Positions 1 to 7,500 of a stretch of 32,000 nucleotides of DNA are shown here, piece by piece; within the stretch, counting starts at the first letter, position 1; every line of letters starts with the position of its first letter. Origin of the DNA: Telmatocola sphagniphila (lineage in GTDB: Bacteria; Planctomycetota; Planctomycetia; Gemmatales; Gemmataceae); NCBI RefSeq assembly GCF_018398935.1, contig NZ_CP074694.1:4530001-4562000 (forward strand). The letters are read 5' to 3'. The notes under the pieces are model-generated. The model did no database searches. It worked only from the letters and a program-made list of their open reading frames with translations, and had not been told where the DNA came from. The position numbers and the translations under genes were made by a program.

Positions 1-1
1 A

Positions 2-850
2 ATTGCGATTATCGCAATTCTCATCGGACTGCTGTTGCCGGCCGTCCAGAAAGTCCGCGAAGCGGCCGCCCGCATGAAATGTAGTAATAACCTCAAGCAA
101 ATTGGTCTTGCCTGCCACAACTACTCAGGGGTTTACGGCTATTTTCCCGCCGGCTACTACAACGGCGCGCTGGATCCGACATTCACCTATACCGGTTGGC
201 AGCTGCAACTGCTTCCCTATCTGGAACAAAATCCCCTGTGGAACAACAGCTATACATGGTTGAAAGCCAATCCGGGCAATACGGACAACAATTCCTATCC
301 TGCCTGCGGTTTTAATATGTCGATGTTCGTTTGCCCTTCCAACACGCGACCCACCACTATCAACTACGGCGGCGTCACCTATGAGATCGAATCCTATATG
401 GGCGTTACCGGAACCAGTAGCAATAATCCGGTTTCTGCAGACGGCATTCTCTATGTGAACGCGAAAGTTGCCTTCACCGATATCACCGACGGCACTTCCA
501 ACACAGCCATGGTCGGCGAACGGCCCTGCACGGGCGATCAATACTACGGTTGGGGTTTCGCCCCGTACGGGACCGGAGCGGGAGATGGGGATACCGTTTT
601 GGGTTCCCAGGACGTTGCACTCGCTCTTACCCTGGGCGACGTCGCCACCAACATCGGATTTAAAGCGCCCATTGCACCGCCGAGCAACACGGCCGAAATC
701 GATGGCGCGCACTTCTGGAGCTTCCACACGGGCGGCGGCAATTTCCTGTACGCAGATGGCTCGGTGCACTTTCTGAGCTATAGTATTGCCGGCCCGATCT
801 TCCCCCAGTTGTGCACCCGCAACGGCGGCGAAGTATTCCCCACTCCCTGA
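2..850 (+). CDS. DUF1559-family pilin-like protein (H-X9-DG), 5' end cut by the window edge
   Basis: The frame is open from base 2 and reads [41 protein letters not shown]. This is the hydrophobic helix of a prepilin-type N-terminus followed by the [11 protein letters not shown] signature typical of planctomycetal DUF1559 proteins. [12 protein letters not shown] at 725..760 is an exact H-X9-DG motif. The listed ORF start at 35 is an internal TTG. Confidence 0.9.
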   Translation: MAIIAILIGLLLPAVQKVREAAARMKCSNNLKQIGLACHNYSGVYGYFPAGYYNGALDPTFTYTGWQLQLLPYLEQNPLWNNSYTWLKANPGNTDNNSYPACGFNMSMFVCPSNTRPTTINYGGVTYEIESYMGVTGTSSNNPVSADGILYVNAKVAFTDITDGTSNTAMVGERPCTGDQYYGWGFAPYGTGAGDGDTVLGSQDVALALTLGDVATNIGFKAPIAPPSNTAEIDGAHFWSFHTGGGNFLYADGSVHFLSYSIAGPIFPQLCTRNGGEVFPTP

Positions 851-878
851 GCACCCTTCGAGTCGGAGAAACTTAGAC

Positions 879-1310
879 ATGCACTGGATATCCTCCTGGC
901 GAACCCTCGGTTTCGCCCTCGCCCTATCGTTGGCCACGTCGGGATGCGGAGTGCCTCACTACGAAGTTACTGGCAAAGTTACTTATAATGGAGCTCCGTT
1001 AGCGAAATCGGGCGGCAAAATCGTCTTCGTGGGCTTCAACGGAGATCAGGCGGCGGCTGATATTGCCGAAGACGGGACCTACAAAGCCCCCGGCGTGGTG
1101 GCGGGGCCCAATCAGGTGGCGGTCTATTACCCGAATCCGAAAGCCAGCCGCGATAAGTCGACCAAACTGAAACCGGGCGAGTATCGAACCAGTATCCCTC
1201 CTCTTCTGACACCGTCAAGTTATGCGGATGCCACAAAGTCGGGGCTGGGCTGTCAGGTCGCCAAGAACGAAACTTTCGACGTCGATATTAAAGGACCTAA
1301 AATTCCCTGA
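879..1310 (+). CDS. Small lipoprotein, probably a carboxypeptidase-regulatory-like beta-sandwich; the usual partner gene of DUF1559
   Basis: ATG at 879 is preceded by GGAG at 865-868. The N-terminus MHWISSWRTLGFALALSLATSGC is a signal peptide with a lipobox Cys. YEVTGKVTYNGAPL...DGTYKAPG resembles CarboxypepD_reg-type repeats. The upstream part of the listed ORF (786..878) overlaps the DUF1559 gene and is rejected. Confidence 0.7.
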   Translation: MHWISSWRTLGFALALSLATSGCGVPHYEVTGKVTYNGAPLAKSGGKIVFVGFNGDQAAADIAEDGTYKAPGVVAGPNQVAVYYPNPKASRDKSTKLKPGEYRTSIPPLLTPSSYADATKSGLGCQVAKNETFDVDIKGPKIP

Positions 1311-1502
1311 TCCCCTCGCCTTCCAACAGTCAAAAATGCAACTCGGGCTGAAACCCTCCCCCAGCGGGAAGGCCAGCCCCGACCGCTCCAAATTTCGCCT
1401 CGTTTTTCTGCGCTTTTTCCAATTGCACTCCTTCAATATTCGGATTACCATTAATGCATCGCCCCACTCTCCTGCCATGCCTCTTTCTGGAGGTTCTCTT
1501 CA

Positions 1503-2786
1503 ATGCTTTCGATTCTGGGTAACACCCACCGCTTTTGCGATCGGCTCCATCGCCGCAATTTTCTGCAAATCGGTGCCTTTGGCGCCGGCCTGACTTTGAC
1601 CGACATGCTCCGGCACCAGGCCAAAGCCGCCGAACAAAAAAATCGTCCGACCCGACAAAAATCCGCCATCATGATCTACCTGCCCGGCGGCCCGTCGCAC
1701 ATGGACATGTACGACCTCAAACCCAACGCCCCGGCCGAGTTCCGCGGTGAATTCAAACCGATCAAAACCAATGTCCCCGGCATCGAGATCTGCGAGCATA
1801 TGCCGATGCAGGCGCGGATGGCCGATAAATTTTCCCTCATCCGGTCGCTGGTGGCCGTCGACGAACACTCCGACTCCCAGGTCATGACCGGTTACAGTGA
1901 AGCGATCAATCGCGTTGCCTCGCATCCCTCCTTCGGCTCGGTAATTTCGAAACTCCGTTCCGGAACTTCGGACATTCCCCCTTTCGTCAGCTTGCGCGGC
2001 ATGAGCGTTGGCAACGAGCCGGGCTATCTGGGCGTGGCACACAAAGCGTTCTCCCCCGATGGTCCGGGGCTGCGAAACCTTCAGGTCCAGAGTAACGTGA
2101 ACCTCGATCGGCTCGATGACCGCAAGAGCCTTCTGACCAGTTTCGATTCGATCCGGCGCGAAGTCGATACCGGCTCGACCATGAAAGGGATGGATGCTTT
2201 TGCGGGCCGGGCGTTCGACATGATCTCCTCCGGCCATGTTCGCAAGGCACTCGATCTGACTCAGGAAGACCCTCGGGTTCGCGACCGCTACAAGGGCGTT
2301 GAACCCTTCCTGACCGCTCGCCGGCTCGTCGAAGCGGGCGTCGGCTGCGTTACCCTTTCCTACGGCAGCTGGGACACGCATAGTGGTAACTTCAAAACGC
2401 TCAAGACTCAACTCCCCAACCTCGACCGGGGATTGGCGAATCTGATTCAGGATCTGCACGACCGCGGGATGGAAGACGATGTGGTCACTGTGATGTGGGG
2501 CGAGTTCGGCCGAACTCCCAAAATCAACACGACCGATGCCGGACGCGATCACTGGTCGCCAGTTATGTCGGCCTTCGTCGCGGGTGGCGGCCTGAAGATG
2601 GGACAAGTCATCGGCTCTTCCAGCGATCGCGGGGAACGACCCAAGGACCGACCGCTACGAGTTCCCCAAGTGCTCTGCACTCTGTACCAGGCTATGGGAA
2701 TCGATCCAGCTCTCACCTTCCCCAATGGGGCCGGCCGACCGATGTATATTCTCGATGATCGCGATCCGATAAACGAATTGATCTGA
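1503..2786 (+). CDS. DUF1501 domain protein (sulfatase-fold, Tat-signal)
   Basis: ATG start. A twin-arginine leader (HRRNFLQIGAFGAGLTL) is followed by IMIYLPGGPSHMDMYDLKP and a C-terminal GRDHW motif. These are hallmarks of the planctomycetal DUF1501 family. Confidence 0.85.
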   Translation: MLSILGNTHRFCDRLHRRNFLQIGAFGAGLTLTDMLRHQAKAAEQKNRPTRQKSAIMIYLPGGPSHMDMYDLKPNAPAEFRGEFKPIKTNVPGIEICEHMPMQARMADKFSLIRSLVAVDEHSDSQVMTGYSEAINRVASHPSFGSVISKLRSGTSDIPPFVSLRGMSVGNEPGYLGVAHKAFSPDGPGLRNLQVQSNVNLDRLDDRKSLLTSFDSIRREVDTGSTMKGMDAFAGRAFDMISSGHVRKALDLTQEDPRVRDRYKGVEPFLTARRLVEAGVGCVTLSYGSWDTHSGNFKTLKTQLPNLDRGLANLIQDLHDRGMEDDVVTVMWGEFGRTPKINTTDAGRDHWSPVMSAFVAGGGLKMGQVIGSSSDRGERPKDRPLRVPQVLCTLYQAMGIDPALTFPNGAGRPMYILDDRDPINELI

Positions 2787-2872
2787 TTGGAGCGATCAGC
2801 GAATAAATATTAGCATCGTTACAGATTTTAAGACTTAAACTGGGCTGAATTCTCTGACTGCTGACGGCTAAT

Positions 2873-2921
2873 AAAAAAATCAACCCGCGCGACCGGCACA
2901 CAAAAGTCGCGCGGGTTTTTT
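2873..2921. terminator. Bidirectional intrinsic terminator between convergent genes
   Basis: A perfect 10-bp GC-rich stem (cccgcgcgac 2884-2893 with gtcgcgcggg 2906-2915) encloses a 12-nt loop. It is flanked by an A7 run (2873-2879) and a T6 run (2916-2921). Confidence 0.85.
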
Positions 2922-2934
2922 CGTGAAATGAGTG

Positions 2935-4059
2935 TTACTTGCCCTTCGGCAACGGCAGCACTTCCGGCTCATTCGCCGCCGGGGGTTGGGCCGGTTGTGC
3001 TTGCGGCGGTTCCAGGTTCGGTTTCGGCTTATCCGATTTCGTTTTCAGAGTCTTAAGCATCTGAGCCGCCAGCAGATCGTTCGGCTGCATCTTCACGACT
3101 TTTTCCAGCATCTGCGAAGCCTGCTCCGGATAGTTCAACACCAGGTAGTGGTACGCCAACAGGAACGCGGCTGCTGGTTCCGTGGGATGATCGATCCGGT
3201 ATTTTTCGAGATCGCGTAGCTGTTGCGTGTACGTTTCGGGATCGGCGTAGAGGCTTCGCAGCGTATCCCAGTCCCAACCAGGACCCGCCGCCAGGACGGT
3301 GTAAACGGTGGCCGCCGATTGCTTGTAATCTTTGAGAGCAAACAGGCTCAGAGCACGGAATTCGTGCAGAATCGGATCGCGCGGAATCTCTTTGATCGCG
3401 GCCTCGTTAATATCCAGAGCTTTCTTGTACTCGCCGGCTCGGAACAATTCTCGAGCTACCTGGAAGATGCGAATGCCGCTTTGCCCGGATACCGAATTCG
3501 CCACGGGTGCCTCTGCGGGCGGCAGAATGGGCCGGGAGTAATCGTAGGCAGGCTCGGCCGGTTGGATGTTATACGTAGTGGGATTTATGTAGTACGGGTT
3601 GGAGTAATAGTAAGAGGCCACACCCCCCCAGGGTAAAAGCGGCGCGAAACCATAACCGTAGTAGCCCCAACCCCAACCGTAATTCCACCAGGGCCAGTAG
3701 CCGTGCGACCAGTAGCTGTGATAGTTGTAATCGTACCAGCCGCGGGTGCCGGGCCGGGCATAGACGTTGTTGACGAAAGCCGGCCGATCGGCTCGGAAGC
3801 CGCCGACATAACTGGGGTTATAAGCCGAGCCGTAGTAGCGATTGGTTCCGAAGCTGGATGCGTAGGAAGAATGATACGCGCCGCCGTAATTGGAGTAGCT
3901 GGAGAAAGCGGGCCGGGAAATACTCGAAAAACTGCCGCCGCGAACTCCGCCGCCACTAAACCCGCCACCGGCGTGGCCACCGCCGCCGCGTTGAGCCTGA
4001 GCAGAAGAAGCGGATAAGGACAGAGCCGTTAGAGCGGCTAACAGGATGAGTTTTTTCAT
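2935..4059 (-). CDS. Secreted protein: signal peptide, Gly/Ser/Tyr/Trp-rich low-complexity region, TPR-like helical domain and a Pro-rich tail
   Basis: ATG at 4059 follows GGGGAGG with a 5-nt spacer. The signal peptide is MKKLILLAALTALSLSASSAQA. About 170 aa of GGGHAGGGFSGGG...WYDYNYHSYWSHGYWPWWNYGWGWGYYGYG follow, then helical repeats (ARELFRAGEYKKALDINEAAIK..., AAFLLAYHYLVLNYPEQASQMLEKVVKMQPND). Confidence 0.8.
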   Translation of the reverse strand: MKKLILLAALTALSLSASSAQAQRGGGGHAGGGFSGGGVRGGSFSSISRPAFSSYSNYGGAYHSSYASSFGTNRYYGSAYNPSYVGGFRADRPAFVNNVYARPGTRGWYDYNYHSYWSHGYWPWWNYGWGWGYYGYGFAPLLPWGGVASYYYSNPYYINPTTYNIQPAEPAYDYSRPILPPAEAPVANSVSGQSGIRIFQVARELFRAGEYKKALDINEAAIKEIPRDPILHEFRALSLFALKDYKQSAATVYTVLAAGPGWDWDTLRSLYADPETYTQQLRDLEKYRIDHPTEPAAAFLLAYHYLVLNYPEQASQMLEKVVKMQPNDLLAAQMLKTLKTKSDKPKPNLEPPQAQPAQPPAANEPEVLPLPKGK

Positions 4060-4480
4060 TTGAACCTCCCCTAGAAGCTAAGGGAATCCATTCCAGTGGT
4101 ATTATATACCGGAATTTATTGCGCTGTTTACAATTCAAGCTCCGGCTGCAATTTAGGGGGGTCTCTAACGGACAGTTCGAGCGGATTTTTTCAGGGTTTT
4201 CCCGTAAAGGTCATCAGATCATCAATTTTCACATAGTGGAAACGGCGATTTTGATGACCTTGATTCGAAAAACGCCGGTTTTTATTGGAAATCGAGTTCG
4301 CATGGCGTATCGCACTGCGGTGCAAATTTTTTTCAGAGCGAGACGGGTTTCGCTCTCTGGGGGACTATGTGCGGGAGACGGGGGAGATCGGCCGCCAGAC
4401 CGCCCGCTCATAGCCATTATGAGTGGGTTCGGAAGAAACTCCAGCTGCGTTGCCGAGAGAAATAGGGCTTTGAAGGACAT

Positions 4481-4539
4481 AACCAAATAAAAGAGGCGTG
4501 GTCTTCCGTACGAACGGAGGACCACGCCTTGGTTTTTTT
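4481..4539. terminator. Strong intrinsic terminator closing the filament operon, usable in both directions
   Basis: A 10-bp perfect stem (aggcgtggtc 4494-4503 with gaccacgcct 4520-4529) extends to about 15 bp via ttccg/cggag. T7 at 4533-4539 lies on the plus strand. On the minus strand the hairpin is followed by cttttatttggtt. It sits 12 nt beyond the stop of the 1850-aa gene. Confidence 0.85.
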
Positions 4540-4550
4540 AGAGCTATCGA

Positions 4551-7500
4551 CTACCGGATCTGCGTCGCATAGCGGATGACGTCCGTATACGGCGAGGCCT
4601 GGTAGTTGAAGTACTTGGTCTGCGGCCCCGGGTTGGCGTAGAAGGAGGGCTCGACAGCGCCAATTACCGGGAAGACTGCGATGCTCTCGCCCGGGTAGTG
4701 TTTATTCTTAGTACGAATCGTCAACCGGTAAGGAGCGGGTTGAGGAGTGGAACTGGCATTATTTGTTGCGCCAAGACCCGACATGAATCCTTGCACAACA
4801 TTAGTAGCTCCATTATAGCCGATCGTAATAAACTCTTCGTTGGGCGTTCCCGCTCCAATCAAGATGGAGGTTCCTTGTGTAGTGCTGGTTTGCGACTGGA
4901 TTTTCCAGGGTCGGCCATCGTACTCGCCCGAGAGCGATTTGATGACATAATGATTACCACTGAAAGCATCAACTAATGGCATCAAATCGGTATTCCCGGA
5001 GATGGTTGAGGGATAGACGAAGCCCGGAATGCTACAGGTGTACTGGAAGTAGGACGTACCATTCACACTGGTTGGCGTATAGGGATCCTGGTTTGGGGAT
5101 GGGTCGGGTTGAAAATCGAACAGCACCGGCGCCGAGGCCTGTGGCTGAGAGCCGGCTACGGCTGAGTAGGTAGCTAAGTTCGAACGGTCGACGACCGAGA
5201 AGAATTTGTGTCGAACGACTGTTCCATCTTTTGAGCCGAGCTCTTTACCCAATCGGGGACGATTCGAAGGTGTATAAGGCCCATCGTTTTCGACCTCGAA
5301 GTAGCCGACTGTACACCAGACCGCGAAGGTATTACTGCGGGTGGTAAGGTTATTCATGGCCTTAATCAGCATTTCATGGTTCATATACGGATGGAATTGA
5401 TCGGTGATAAACAACGGTTGGTTACCGACCGGGTTTGGTGCATTCGTATTGACCTGAAGAGGGTTGCCCCACAGGAATGTATTTTGAATACCGCTATTAT
5501 TGCGATAATAGAAGTTTGTGGCATTCGTATGGGCAGTATAAATCGGAAGCCCTGGCGGCATGAAAGCCCGGTCATTTCGAGAGAAATTACCCGGCTGGAT
5601 ATTGGTGGAAGACTCACCGGGCCAACGATATTTCTGTATAGCAGTCCAGGCATTCGTAACATCGCTATTCACACCGTTCGCATCGATATAAGTGAACGTG
5701 TTAGCATCACTGCCGGACACAACTGCTTTTAGGATCGTCGGGTCGTAAATTGTGTTGATATTCACTTTGCCTGGCGTGCGTCCGCCATAGGGAATACCGC
5801 GAACGCGAGTCTTTGTCTCCAGCAACGCAAGCGCCCGGAACAGGCGAACTTGATCGGCCACGAAAAAGTTCGTGTCGTTTGGATCCGGTTGGACGGTACC
5901 CGTGGGATCATTGAAAGCCGGTTCCATATCGGTCCAAGGTGCCAAGTGCATCATTCTCTGCGATCGCATAGCGGCGGCAGTACCGGCCGCAGTCGATTTA
6001 CTATTTACTCGACTCGGTTGATACGTGTTGTTACTCCAGTGGAATTGATTTGTAACGCGATGATTCGAGTAAGCGCACACCGTCAACAATTCCGCTGGGG
6101 AGATCAACGGCCGATCCAGGTGAGTATACCAATCGTAATTTGCGGACAGATTCTGGTTCCCATTCTTCAGGGTTAAAGAAGGAGACAGATACCTTTGCGG
6201 GGGAGGATAGTTCACCTGTCCAAAGGTCGAGAGAATATTTGTTATTGCCGGTGGCTGGGTTATGGTGGGACTTACTCCCGCCGGTTTAGCCGCTGGCTGC
6301 GGAGTTTGCTGAACGACTGAAGCTATGGCAGTCGGGGCAGCTACCGTTGTCGCTGCCGAAATCGTTGGCGTCCTCGAGTTTGTAGCATCCTTCGCAGGAG
6401 CATCGGCATCGGCAACCAGATTCAATAACTGGCTACTCGGTTGATAGCCATCGAGTGGCTGGCGTCGACCTATCGAAAACTGTTGGGCAATGGCTGTATT
6501 CGGGATTCTCGTGAAATTTCCCTTGCCGGCACCAACAACTCGATTATCGAAAATGGAATTACCGGCCTGTACGAAATAATCGACGGTTACCCAGGAATTA
6601 AGAATCGGATTGACGCCGTTCGGTGCGGGATCCTTAGTCGGATTTGTCGGATCGAAATTATATTGCGGCGCCATCGCCATCCGTTGTAAGACGAATATAT
6701 AGCGGTTGTTCGCTCCGTTGGTGGTAAGTGCTTGTGTATCCGCGGTAGTAGCGGTCTGATCCATATTAGGTGGATAAGGAGTAGTTCCCCCCAAAACTGA
6801 ACTTTTCACCTGAACATTCGCTTTTCCAGCACCCATAGTGGGATCGTTAGACATATTGGGAATTAATGTATTGGCCTGTACACCCGCCGCCGTAGCGTAC
6901 TTGCCCGTGGTAGTATCCGTTTGAGCATCGGGTGGACCGATAACAATATAGTTCTGCTGATCGCTCGTTTGGTCCAGGGGTTCGGCATTGGCAACTACCG
7001 GATTTGCCTGGCTCAAGGCCTTGAAAATTTGCTTGAACGGAATGATTTTGACGGTTGATGCAAAGCCATTATTCAAAGCTCCGGTTTGGAGATTGAAAAA
7101 GGTTGCATCGAAAACCCTGTGGTCGTAATTTTCGAGAAGACTGACGTAGCCATCCAGCGCCAAATCGGAAGTCGCCTGAATCTTTAAAATTCGATAATAG
7201 GTAAAATCTGCTTTGAAGATCGATTGAAGATTTGGCTGGCCATTTTGCGAAACGGGTGCCGTAACCGGACACTTCAGTTCAATCCAGTGCTGGTAAATAT
7301 ACGGCTGAGGTAATGTGGCTTTCCACTGCGTCGTATCATTGGGAGCTTGCGGATTAGCTAGAAAGGGATCCGACGGATCATTTCTAATGTGTGAATAAAC
7401 TTCGTTAATGACCAGACGCGGGTTTTCCACCCCGAAAATAATTTCCGTTCCACTGACAGCGTCTGTGGCCAAACTGGGGGGTGCCCCAGGATTCGCATCG

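Noticed and set aside
125-2606. Long minus-strand ORFs (125..937 at 270 aa; 1500..2606 at 368 aa) plus nested small ORFs
   Set aside because: They lie antisense to well-supported DUF1559 and DUF1501 genes. Their Arg/Gly/Ala-rich composition is typical of shadow frames in GC-rich DNA, and they have no recognisable motifs.
4119-4525. ORFs 4119..4490 (+, 123 aa) and 4229..4525 (-, 98 aa) in the spacer
   Set aside because: They have no RBS and an implausible composition. They overlap each other and run across stem-loops and into the terminator hairpin, so the region is treated as non-coding.
4481-4539. The plus-strand T7 terminator taken as proof of an independent plus-strand sRNA gene
   Set aside because: The same hairpin is followed by a U-rich stretch on the minus strand directly after the 1850-aa gene stop. 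Operon termination therefore explains it without invoking a new gene, and it is kept only as a low-interest possibility.
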